Under the pieces are notes generated by a model that saw only the letters and a program-made list of their open reading frames with translations, made no database searches and had not been told where the DNA came from. 39,253 nucleotides of DNA. Origin: Octopus bimaculoides (taxonomy: Eukaryota). Position 1 is the first letter of the stretch. Each line of letters begins with the position of its first letter. Positions 1 to 11,758 of this stretch are shown here, one piece after another. Position numbers and translations under genes: made by a program. The stretch covers positions 11,709,647 through 11,748,899 of the forward strand of contig NC_069002.1 in the NCBI RefSeq assembly GCF_001194135.2, given 5' to 3'.

Positions 1-43
<43 letters not shown>

Positions 44-150
44 AATACAAATAATATGTGAGTATATGCATATATACGTACATGTATGTACATATGTATG
101 TATATGTGTATGCATATAGATATATGTATGTATATATATATATAGTATAT
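1..150. repeat. (TA)n / (TATG)n compound microsatellite
   Basis: Directly visible TA and TATG runs. Confidence 0.95.
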
Positions 151-923
151 AGCATATCTTGTAGATACAAATAGATGTACGATGTGCGACTGCTGCTGAG
201 TTTAAAGTTCCGATCACCCAGTCTGTCTGTTCCCGCTATAGTGTTTGAGTAAAAACTATACTTCGAAGTATTGCTAATTTTGATACACAGAGCAAATGTA
301 AGGGAAATGATAGAAACAAGCTTATATCATTTCGTCCCTACTTACGTCTCCCCATTGTGGCTTCTTGGATGATATGCATTGGAGGTTCCAAGTGCAATTG
401 GAAGATTTGTCAAGTTTGTTGTACACCTCTTCGTCGTTTATGCCTAATTTTTGCCATTTATGATACGCACACACACGCACTCACACACACACTCTGGTCT
501 TTTAATACATCAATAACAACTACTGCTGCTGCTGCTGCTGCTAATACTACTATAATATATCTGTTCACATGGCTACATAGGTGCAATCCAACCAAAGTAA
601 TGGTCAGTCTTACACATTGTCACAGTCCTCAGTTGCGTGTATAAGATCAGCGAACAGAGGGAAAGAGAGAACTTATAGAAAATAAAGGATAGTTGTGGAG
701 CATATTGTTTCAAGAGTTATGGCGGAGACAGCGCCAGGACTGGTTGCTTTGTCGCGCTGAAGGAGAAATCGGATATGCTTTTCATTCTTGGCGACTGTTT
801 TTCTTAAGGAACGAGGGCGTGATGGAAAATACTTGCTGTGTGTGTGAATGATTGGGTGTGTTATACAGATATGAATGAAAAGATTTATATATACATTTGC
901 CTCTTTGTATGTCTGTCTGTTTG

Positions 924-972
<49 letters not shown>
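924..972. repeat. (TCTA)n microsatellite
   Basis: Perfect tetranucleotide run. Confidence 0.95.
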
Positions 973-1103
973 ACGTCTATCTAAATACTCATGCATGTAT
1001 GCATTCATACATACATACTTACGTATATGTATACTCACTAAAGGCTTTTTTGTTTGCTTGGATACAGTAAGAGGATCACATGTATAACGTATATGTATTT
1101 ATG

Positions 1104-1139
<36 letters not shown>

Positions 1140-1657
1140 NNNNNNNNNNNNNNNNNNNNNNNNNNNNNNNNNNNNNNNNNNNNNNNNNNNNNNNNNNNNN
1201 NNNNNNNNTGTGTGTGTGTGTGTGTAACAATTAGAAAATGGAGTATAATATGCTGAACCCAACTACTTGCAGACGGTGTATCCCGTTGAATTCATTAATT
1301 TAATTCATAGCAAAAGTGACAAAAAAAGGAAGAAAAGAAAAAGAAAGAAAGAACCAAAGCACAGGTGTCCATGGCAGACTATGTTATTTTGCCAACATGG
1401 TTTACATATAGAAGTACAAAGTACATAAGGAATTAGAGGATGAACAGAAGTTTAATCTTACAGCTGTTTCGGCCTAGTTTTAGCAAGCCCCATTCTATCC
1501 GAATATTCCTTTCCGGATTGATTATCGGATGACATTTTGAAATGGGGTTACTCATATACACTAGAGGAATATGTAGTCATATATATATTTCTGCAAACAA
1601 CACAAACACACAAAAAGCCAATCGCATAAGAATGGCCACTGAAAAGATAATGACACT

Positions 1658-1720
1658 GACGGTGACCCAGCATAGCCACACCCTTTGGACTGAAACATAA
1701 CAGAATAAAAGAAAAAGAAT
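1658..1720 (+). mobile_element. 3' tail fragment of tRNA-SINE family A
   Basis: gacggtgacccagcatagccaca...gactgaaacataacagaataaaagaaaaag matches the tails at 15848-15905 and 37425-37497. Confidence 0.6.
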
Positions 1721-2047
1721 AAACTTGAACACCCACACATATCTTTAGTCACGTGCAATACTTTCGAATATTTAAAAAAAGGAAAACCACAATGCACAAT
1801 AGAGCATTCTTGTCCTACTTCCACCGCCGCTACTAGTATACACCACCAATACTACTACTACTACTACTACTACTACTGTGCCTACCACCGTGAACACAAT
1901 CACCACTCGTTCTACCAGCGCCACCAGTTCACCATCCGCCTGTGTGTACGTAGCAACTTTACAAGACCTGTGAACATTGGCTGGTAAGTTTGTAGGTGAG
2001 TCAATAGTAGACCTATAAACACAAAAGAGAAGGCAAAATATCACAAA

Positions 2048-2089
2048 AACTGCTACTCAGAGTTTCACGTTCCCGTTCGTCGGACAGTT
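2048..2089 (-). ncRNA. Minimal type I hammerhead ribozyme-like motif (U4C core variant), probably in a PLE terminal repeat
   Basis: Minus strand reads AACUGU-CCGACGA-ACG(GGAA)CGU-GAAA-CUC(U)GAG-UA-GCAGUU: 6-bp stem I with one G-U pair, 3-bp stem II with GNRA loop, self-complementary stem III, GUA cleavage triplet. Confidence 0.75.
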
Positions 2090-3699
2090 GTGATTGTGAA
2101 TAGAAGAATTGAGGTTATACATATAAATATATTAGACAATTTACATGGACAGAGACACATTTGAATTTGATTGGTCCTTTCAACTAACGGGTTTTTTTAA
2201 TGAAATGGTGATATAAATAAAAATCTCAAAAAATTGAAAGTCTTAAATATCGTACTGTGTAACATCGAAGTAAACCGTAGATCAAAATAAATATTAGTTT
2301 AAAAGGAAAAACATACACGCCCAGAGTAAATTAATTAATGTTAAATAAATTCAATTAATATTAAAGTAAGCTTGTTTTTAATAAAATATTTACTTATAGA
2401 CATCTAAAAGCACAAAAATATAGACACGTTATTCACATACAAGCAAAACCCATGCATAGATCATTATACTCACACACACTAAAAACATATACAGACATAT
2501 ATATATACGCAAACATGTACAGAAGCTGATACATGCATACATATATACAAGCATATACAGGCAAATATAAATATCTACATAGATATATATATATATATAT
2601 ACACACAATATATCCCCTTGCGTATATGTTAATATGTTTCTGTACACAACGTTTGCTGTTGCTTGTTAAAGAAAGAAGAGAAGAAAGGAAAGAACAAAAA
2701 GTAGAATCGAAGAAGTGGTGGGGTGAGGAGAAGAGAGAAAGAGAAATGTATGAAACAGCGTTCCTAGAGATTATCATGTAGGAAAAAGAAAAAGAAGAAA
2801 ATAAATAAGATACATTGAAAATATCCTGTGTGTATACTCATGCCTGTATACGCACACATATAAATAGACGTGTGTAAATATACCCTCATAAATACATGCA
2901 TATATATAGTAGACACTTTTATACACGCATACATATATATGTATATATATATATAAACATACACACACACACATATATATATATATTTACATACATATAT
3001 ACTTAAACTTACACACACACACATATATATATATTTACATACATATATACTTAAACTTACACACACAAAACATATATATACGCATACGTATATATTCATA
3101 ACTGTGTGTCTGGTGTATTGAATATTAAAAATAAAAATAAAAGTTGTTGAAAGAAGGAACAATTTAGTGGAATTTCATAGGTGTAGATTAAATAAAAATC
3201 AATTATACTAAATTACTGAAAACATGTATCAACAATGGTAATAATAATGATAAATAAATTCAACGATACTAAAACGATAAACTAATATAAAAAAAATAAA
3301 ACAAATTACAAAAAAATTACAAAAAAAAAATGCAAAAAATTACAAAAAATACCAGAAAACACACTCGTGTATTCAATATCTTTAAAACACATTTTAAGCG
3401 GTTGTAGATACATTTTTGATAGCTGTGCATTAAAAATCAACGTTGAGAAGTTTTTATGGGCTAAATTTCAATGTAAAAAACACTTCCATATATTTTTAAA
3501 AGGTGCATTTAAAAGTATAAGTTACTATAAAATAAAAATAAAAAACAATAAAAGCAAAATAAAGATAAAAATAGAGATATATAGTTTGTATCTAAAGGTT
3601 CTTTTTTTCTTTTCTTTTTTTGGAAGGCGAAAGTGTAAAATGAAAGTTAATACAAAATGGTGCCGGTTTTAGGTGAAAAAGTCGAATTCAAATGTGAAA

Positions 3700-4548
3700 G
3701 TCAATGTTATCCGTACGGTACTTTTTTCACTCAACATTTTATGCTTCGTGGCGTGTCTGCAGGGATTTAAAAGTTCCAGTCTTTTGTTCAGAGCGTATTT
3801 AACCTGGAACAAGTTGAAAACTTTTTTCAGTCAGGCAGAAATCGCACCTCATTGTGCCTCTATATTCTCCATGTTTGTATGGTGCTACTTTCTCCAAAAT
3901 TGTCCAGCAGATTTCGAAAGGACGGGTATCATTTACTTTCAATTGCCAGACATGGTTACCTAGACTCGTTGCTGTCCTATTCGCAGGGTATCGAAATGAA
4001 TTTCTTTGGGAATATAATCTATTGTTGAAGGAATTTTCCGAGGCTCCTGTATATGTCTTGTATTCTTGTGAGTCATTTATTTGCACCTTAATTTTGTATA
4101 CTATTCATTTCTCTAAGCAATTTCCTCCCAATGGACAGCAATTTTGTCTTTACAATTACAATTCTTATTATTTCCGGCACTTTGGTTACTCCTAATGGTT
4201 TTCGCGTTGTGCTGGTTAATTAAAGAAGCAAAACTCTTGCAACAAGAATAACTAACCTTCAGCGTTCTTCTATTAAAAATTCTTTGGAATTTCTGCTTTG
4301 CTTGAAAGTGCTTAGAAACCAGTTTTAAGAATTCCCTACTATATTGGCTTTTACTCCAATACTAAAAGTTGGATTAAACCACAAAACTTTCCTAGTTCTA
4401 GTTCTACATGCTCTATTATTATGATAATACGGCGCGGAATTTTGAAACGCTGTCTCGTCTGAAGATATGGAAGATATGCGCCTTCCTATATTGCTATCTA
4501 GATTCTTAAATAGTATGATTCTTAAATAGTATTAGATCCTTTGTTACT
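3700..4548 (-). mobile_element. Penelope-like retroelement 3' remnant: post-RT region, Cys-rich linker and GIY-YIG endonuclease (frameshifted)
   Basis: Manual translation gives RRISSISSDETAFQNSAPYY, RKVLWFNP, EFLKLVSKHF, RIFNRRTLKVSYSC, NCNCKDK..CPLGGNCL, IVYKIKV..YTGASENSFNNR..W.ILEKVAPY..CDFCLTEK, LNKRLELLNPCRH, all characteristic of PLE ORF C-termini; overlaps track ORF 3799..4086. Confidence 0.9.
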
Positions 4549-4742
4549 NNNNNNNNNNACGAAAACAGTTTTGTCCTGCCGTGCTACATTATTTCCTAAA
4601 TCCTTGATATACAAAATGATGGAATTATCAGGTGAGTTCATCTAAATGACAGAAAACCGAAGCTAGATATCAAACAAGTACTCATTTCTAAGTTGGTCAA
4701 GGTTATCATTTTCAAGTCGAGGCTGATGAGGTTACTCTATGT

Positions 4743-5260
4743 CAGGGGTCGGTGATCCTAGGTTAATTACCCGAAGTGAGGTAAAAATGAAATTCTTAGG
4801 AGCAACAGACATTCTTCTTCTGGCATGAGAAGGCAGTCGAAAAATTGCTACCTTTTGCAACAACCTACTTTTGCAAACAAGGATTTTCCACTCTAATGAA
4901 CATAAAAACACAAAGCAGAGTAATCGATTGAACCCCAAAGACTGTATCCAAATTGCTCTGGCGTCAAAATGCCCCAATTTTGATGTAATTGTAACAGAAA
5001 TGAAACAACATCATTTCTCCAAAACCTGAAGTGAAAAAGTTTCCAGAAAAATCTTTTTGTTTCATAATGAGGATATTTATTTCATCGCATTTTTTAAATA
5101 CCTTTTATATTTATATTTGTATTCTCTATATGAATAGATTCAATAAACCTTTTGAATTCAAAGAATCTACGATTTTCTTCCATTCAAATCAAAGAGGTAA
5201 CGTCAGCGTAAATAAATATATTTTAGGGTAATTGGTTAAAAAAATGTTCCCCGACCCCTG
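4743..5260 (+). mobile_element. Non-autonomous hAT (Buster/Charlie-like) DNA transposon
   Basis: TIRs CAGGGGTCGG (4743-4752) / CCGACCCCTG (5251-5260); 8-bp TSD ctctatgt (4735-4742) vs ctctaggt (5261-5268), 7/8 match with central TA. Confidence 0.9.
4827..5029 (+). pseudogene. hAT transposase C-terminal dimerization domain remnant
   Basis: EKAVEKLLPFATTYFCKQGFSTLMNIKTQSR / frameshift / NRLNPKDCIQIALASKCPNFDVIVTEMKQHHFS*, matching the Buster-type LPFATTYLCE.GFS.L..IK...RNRL motif. Confidence 0.85.
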
Positions 5261-5544
5261 CTCTAGGTCGTGAGATGGCACCTTTTCAGGCGTCTTCGTT
5301 CAGTATGCTTAGTACTGTTAAACTGTATTGATATAGACTGACAAAGCCCCACCGAAAAATAAGAAAAAATTCAGAGGTAATANNNNNNNNNNNNNNNNNN
5401 NNNNNNNNNNNNNNNNNNNNNNNNNNNNNNNNNNNNNNNNNNNNNNNNNNNNNNNNNNNNNNNNNNNNNNNNNNNNNNNNNNNNNNNNNNNNNNNNNNNN
5501 NNNNNNNNNNNNNNNNNNNNNNNNNNNNNNNNNNNNNNNNNNNN

Positions 5545-5581
<37 letters not shown>

Positions 5582-5629
5582 CTTATTTCGAAGGGGATGC
5601 AAGCTACCAAATGGAGCATACATACTCGC

Positions 5630-5664
<35 letters not shown>

Positions 5665-5994
5665 CATATACCATGCATATAAATGAGTATATGTGTGTGT
5701 GCGTGTGCATGTGTATGAATGTATACAAGTGTGAGAGCGTTTATTAGAAAGCATCCAAGTCTGAGTGACTGAGTACGTACCTCCTCCACCCCTACCCCCG
5801 ACACCACAATTCTATGTTCTCTGCGTTACTACAAATTATTTAGGTTATGCCTACCTACATATCGATCTCTTAACGCCTGCTTTACAACAATCCAACAACA
5901 GAAGAAGCTTGCTTGTTCCTCGCTGAAGAAAACATACTCAATAACACTTACCTCATTCTCAAAATATTCCCCTACCCCTCTTCTCCTTTTCCCT

Positions 5995-6009
5995 TTCTCT
6001 CTTTCTCTT

Positions 6010-6059
<50 letters not shown>

Positions 6060-7035
6060 CCTACCTTGCATTCATTCCGTCTTTCTCTCTACTGTGTCTT
6101 TCACACACTTTAACACACAACCGTCCACATACGCACGCGCGCACACACACACATATACACACATACATTCACTTTCTCTCTCACTCTCCCTTTTATGTGT
6201 CATCTTTCTATGTTTCGCTCAGCTTCTACTTAATTCTTTTTTACACTCTCTTTCTCCCTCTAGTTCTCTCTCTCTCTCTCACTCTCTCTTTTTTCTCTAT
6301 GTTTATAGATATACACACTATATATGTGTGTATATATACACACATATGTACATATATATCATTATATATATATTTATATGTATATACATATCTATATACA
6401 TGTATATATATATGTATATATATATANNNNNNNNNNNNNNNNNNNNNNNNNNNNNNNNNNNNNNNNNNNNNNNNNNNNNNNNNNNNNNNNNNNNNNNNNN
6501 NNNNNNNNNNNNNNNNNNNNNNNNNNNNNNNNNNNNNNNNNNNNNNNNNNNNNNNNNNNNNNNNNNNNNNNNNNNNNNNNNNNNNNNNNNNNNNNNNNNN
6601 NNNNNNNNNNNNNNNNNNNNNNNNNNNNNNNNNNNNNNNNNNNNNNNNNNNNNNNNNNNNNNNNNNNNNNNNNNNNNNNNNNNNTGCATATATATACATA
6701 TATGTACATATATATGTAAATATATATATACATACATATGTACATTTATATGTACATATGCATATATATATATAGACATATGCATATATATATATATATA
6801 CTATATATATATACATATATATATAATATATATACATACATATATATTCATTTATATATACATATATATGTACATCTATACATATATATACATACATATA
6901 TATACATATATATATATACATACATATATATACATATACATATACATNNNNNNNNNNACATCTATACATATATATACATACATATATATACATATATATA
7001 TATACATACATATATATACATATACATATACATAC

Positions 7036-7066
<31 letters not shown>

Positions 7067-7200
7067 CACACACGCACGCACACACACACATATGTATGTA
7101 TATACACACACACACACCTCTCTCCCTCTCTCTTACCCTGAAAGTTGTCCATGCTCATCCACACCACTCTCTCTCTTTCTGGTCCACGCACTCTCTATAT
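5995..7200. repeat. Compound (CT)n, (TA)n, (TACA)n, (CA)n low-complexity block with internal N gaps
   Basis: Directly visible; source of many artefactual ORFs. Confidence 0.9.
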
Positions 7201-7379
7201 TTTTTGTTTTCCTCCCTGCTCCAGCCCCTCTCCCCCTCTCTCAATCTCTCTGAGAAATCGTTTATTTGTGGATGGGATGTGTGTGTGCGTGTGCGTGTGT
7301 ACATGTATGCATATTGAAGCCAGGTTATTCATTTCCCTAACTGCCTACCCTGTATATCTGACTCATCAATCGGGTATCA

Positions 7380-7420
7380 TATCTATCTATCTGTCTTTCT
7401 ATTTGTCTGTCTATCTATCC

Positions 7421-7482
<62 letters not shown>
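7380..7482. repeat. (ATCT)n microsatellite
   Basis: Tetranucleotide run ending at a gap. Confidence 0.95.
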
Positions 7483-8312
7483 NNNNNNNNNNNNNNNNNN
7501 NNNNNNNNNNNNNNNNNNNNNNNNNNNNNNNNNNNNNNNNNNNNNNNNNNNNNNNNNNNNNNNNNNNNNNNNNNNNNNNNNNNNNNNNNNNNNNNNNNNN
7601 NNNNNNNNNNNNNNNNNNNNNNNNNNNNNNNNNNNNNNNNNNNNNNNNNNNNNNNNNNNNNNNNNNNNNNNNNNNNNNNNNNNNNNNNNNNNNNNNNNNN
7701 NNNNNNNNNNNNNNNNNNNNNNNNNNNNNNNNNNNNNNNNNNNNNNNNNNNNNNNNNNNNNNNNNNNNNNNNNNNNNNNNNNNNNNNNNNNNNNNNNNNN
7801 NNNNNNNNNNNNNNNNNNNNNNNNNNNNNNNNNNNNNNNNNNNNNNNNNNNNNNNNNNNNNNNNNNNNNNNNNNNNNNNNNNNNNNNNNNNNNNNNNNNN
7901 NNNNNNNNNNNNNNNNNNNNNNNNNNNNNNNNNNNNNNNNNNNNNNNNNNNNNNNNNNNNNNNNNNNNNNNNNNNNNNNNNNNNNNNNNNNNNNNNNNNN
8001 NNNNNNNNNNNNNNNNNNNNNNNNNNNNNNNNNNNNNNNNNNNNNNNNNNNNNNNNNNNNNNNNNNNNNNNNNNNNNNNNNNNNNNNNNNNNNNNNNNNN
8101 NNNNNNNNNNNNNNNNNNNNNNNNNNNNNNNNNNNNNNNNNNNNNNNNNNNNNNNNNNNNNNNNNNNNNNNNNNNNNNNNNNNNNNNNNNNNNNNNNNNN
8201 NNNNNNNNNNNNNNNNNNNNNNNNNNNNNNNNNNNNNNNNNNNNNNNNNNNNNNNNNNNNNNNNNNNNNNNNNNNNNNNNNNNNNNNNNNNNNNNNNNNN
8301 NNNNNNNNNNNN
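7483..8312. other. Assembly gap (N run)
   Basis: Run of N; one of many gaps bordered by microsatellites. Confidence 1.
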
Positions 8313-8554
8313 ATATATATATATATACGTGTGTGTGTGTGTGTGTGTGTTTGTGTTTGTATACATGTATGCGTATATGGATAGAGACGACGAGAGAGAA
8401 GTATATATACGTAAAGAGATAACATGCGAATTCTATAAATATATATCAAAACAACGTAAAATAGAGCGTTGTAATTTGCTTGAGGCATTGTGACATAAAA
8501 GTAACATAGAAAAATGACAAAGATGAAGAACTTCTTACAATGTTTTATAATCTT

Positions 8555-8584
8555 TATATTTCGGGTAGAAAGACCCCTCTTCAG
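8555..8584 (-). ncRNA. Hammerhead ribozyme-like core with degenerate stem I
   Basis: Minus strand CUGAAGA-GGG(gucuuucua)CCC-GAAA-UA-UA: canonical core, 3-bp stem II, palindromic stem III (AUAU), AUA triplet; stem I poorly paired. Confidence 0.45.
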
Positions 8585-8586
8585 AT

Positions 8587-9030
8587 GGACGCAGGTGTGG
8601 TTCTATGCACTACAGGCCATGTTGATCATTGTGCGAGTAGAGCAATCCCGCTGTGTCTGTCTGAATGATGTTGCCAAAAATTTTAGGCGAGCATCTTTTG
8701 CTATAGCCCCTGGTCAACTGATGACTTGTGAGTGAATTTGATGTACAGAAACTGTGCGGATGCCCATCGAATGCATGTGTGTCTATGTGTGCGTGCATTT
8801 GTGTGTGTATGTATATGTATGTGTGTGTGCGCATTTGTGCCTGTGTATGTGCGCGCGGGCGCGTTGGGTGTGTCTGTGTGGGTGTGGGTGTGCATGTTTG
8901 AGTCTCTGTTTGTTCTGCACAGTACTTGATAACTGATGTTGGTTTGTTTACGTTCTCTCAACTTGGCATTTCGTCAAGAAGAGAACGATGGAATAAGTAT
9001 CAGACTTTCAAAAGAATAAGGGCAAGAGTC
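8587..9030 (+). mobile_element. Degenerate tRNA-SINE family A with internal (GT)n/(TA)n microsatellite
   Basis: ctatagcc..ttgtgagtgaatttg..cagaaactg and gataactgatgttggtttgtttacgt..gaataagta blocks align to the copy at 12374-12809. Confidence 0.6.
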
Positions 9031-9422
9031 GATTTGTTACCGCAGCTGTTAAGGGTATATATATGCACGTACATAAGTCTATGTTTGTGCGAATGTGTGT
9101 ATGTTATATCAACTGCATTCTACAGTTGATATAACGCTCTCAGTTTGAACTCTCGGTTTGAACTCGTAAGTTGCTTCGATGATCTTGTTTTGTATTGCGA
9201 GTCCAGAGTGGGGCGGCAACGATCATTCAAGGTGAGAATTGGCGAACCTGGAGAAGAGAGGGGTAACGGTAACAGAATCACTGAACTGGAAAGGTGTGTG
9301 CCTTTATACACATGTACATAAATATACACACGCACGCACAAAGGTACATACAGCGGTACACAAAAGCATATATAAATACATACTTTCAAATATATGAGTG
9401 TGTGTGTGTGTATCTATCTACA

Positions 9423-9467
<45 letters not shown>

Positions 9468-9716
9468 ATTTGAGTGTTTGTATGTGTATGTATATATATA
9501 TGTATGCACATACACATATGTACGTGCATACATGTGCACATATACATGTCCTTACATGCAAAGATAAAGCGGTAAATATATCCATCCATTACGTTCACAC
9601 GCACGCACGCACGCGCACGCACACATGCATACACACACAGATGCATTCCCTTAGATCTCTGTGTATGTCTGTTAATACGTTTGAGTGTTTTTTCACGCCC
9701 TAACGCCTCTTAACGT

Positions 9717-9754
<38 letters not shown>

Positions 9755-10027
9755 TCTTTCTCTCTCTCTCTCTCTTACTCTCTCACTCAGTCTCTGTCTC
9801 TATCTCTCTCTCTATGTCTCTATCTCTCGCTCTTTCTCTCCCACACGCACACACATACATACATACACACACCAACTCACAAAACCGTTATCCCATACAA
9901 AAACACGAACAATTCACGTGATGCATGACCGGGTATNNNNNNNNNNNNNNNNNNNNNNNNNNNNNNNNNNNNNNNNNNNNNNNNNNNNNNNNNNNNNNNN
10001 NNNNNNNNNNNNNNNNNNNNNNNNNNN

Positions 10028-10102
<75 letters not shown>
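10028..10102. repeat. (GT)n microsatellite
   Basis: Perfect run. Confidence 0.95.
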
Positions 10103-10105
<3 letters not shown>

Positions 10106-10543
10106 CATATATATATATATATATGTGTATATATACATATATATAAATGCATATATAAAAGGCAGGCAACTGTTTAATGGCGAACAAAAGGGTCTATTCA
10201 CATTCGTTATAGATTGAAAAGGGCTCCATGAAATTTTATGAGGGGGTTTGTGGTTGTACACATGGTGAGGAGTGTATGTAGGTGTGTAAGTGAATGTACT
10301 TTTGGACTTACATCTATATATTGAATAGAGAGAGGGAGAGAGTATGTGTGTATGTGTATGTTTCTGTGTGTGCCTGTGTGTCTGTGTGTCTGTTTTGTGT
10401 TCAGAATGCAGGCATGAGTGTGCGCATGTGTGTTTCAGTGTTTTACAATTGGGTATTGTGTATGTGAACGGGCGTGTGTTTATATAAATAGATATGTGTA
10501 TAAATACGTGTGTGTAAGCATGTTTGTGTGTGTGTATGTGTTT

Positions 10544-10587
<44 letters not shown>

Positions 10588-10786
10588 GTATGTATATATA
10601 AGACAAGGTATAAATAACGATTATTACATATTTATAAATAATTAACGATCATTACATATTTTACCTTCTTTAGAGTAAACTTCGCTTACAACCTTTTCCA
10701 GTAATCATTATAGGTACGTTACTGATAAGTCTATTGATCAGTTGAGAAGAATCGAACAACTTAAAAAAATTAATGGTACTTTTATC

Positions 10787-10967
10787 AGGGCCATTTCTGA
10801 TACAGCTTGGCACCAGTGACGTCGCAACTCAGTTCTACAGCTGAGTGAACTAGGGAAACATGAAATGAGGTGTCTTGCTCAAGAACACAACACACAACCC
10901 AGTCGAGGATTCGAACTGACTACCAATTAATTGTGAGCCTGATGTTTTAACCACTGAGTCATGCACC
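10787..10967 (-). mobile_element. tRNA-derived SINE (head type 2)
   Basis: Minus strand ggtgcatgactcagtggttaaaacatcaggctcacaat..gttcgaatcctcgactgg..gtgttcttgagcaagacac: A-box-like and B-box (GTTCGAATCC); body similar to the head of the 31746-32058 copy. Confidence 0.8.
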
Positions 10968-11329
10968 ATTTAATTGAGTATCCATATACTTTATAATGGT
11001 CTGTATACCACGAAGGGCTATAATTCATGTTAATGCTATCATCTGGCTCCAGTTTATTAGTAACGTAGTCATGCAAAATTTTTATTTTAAATTGTAGATT
11101 TTATATCATTCTATTTATTATTTATTTTCTTGAATGCAGGATAGCAGGTCTTTCAAGAGATACTTTTATCGACTAATAATGGTGTCGCATGGAATATTCA
11201 ACGCGAAGTGCGTATTCTTGGAGAAGTTCACTACCGATACATACATACATACATACCTACATACAAACACGTACATATATATATATATATATATACATGT
11301 GTATAGATGTATATATGTATGTATGTGTA

Positions 11330-11381
<52 letters not shown>

Positions 11382-11717
11382 TGTTTGTATGTATGGAAGC
11401 CTTTATGTAGGTATGTATTCTTTAAGAGTTATTCATGAAGTTCGAGCTGTTGCCTAACAAAGTGGTAAGACATTTTGAATTAAGACTGTCCCTGTGGTTT
11501 CTGAATATCTGGCTGAATAAATNNNNNNNNNNNNNNNNNNNNNNNNNNNNNNNNNNNNNNNNNNNNNNNNNNNNNNNNNNNNNNNNNNNNNNNNNNNNNN
11601 NNNNNNNNNNNNNNNNNNNNNNNNNNNNNNNNNNNNNNNNNNNNNNNNNNNNNNNNNNNNNNNNNNNNNNNNNNNNNNNNNNNNNNNNNNNNNNNNGTAT
11701 ATATGTATGTATGTGTA

Positions 11718-11758
<41 letters not shown>

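Noticed and set aside
341-470. Possible minus-strand exon ending at GAC|gtaagt (KWQKLGINDEEVYNKLDK..PQWGD)
   Set aside because: Donor-like site only; no acceptor or polypyrimidine tract upstream, and the peptide is not recognised.
1803-1983. Possible plus-strand exon with CTG|gtaagt donor
   Set aside because: Acceptor lacks a pyrimidine tract, the frames are (ACT)n-derived or stop, and the donor lies in the antisense of the repeat tail.
4724-4742. CTGATGA next to the hAT insertion site
   Set aside because: Reconstructed empty site has no stem II-GAAA arrangement.
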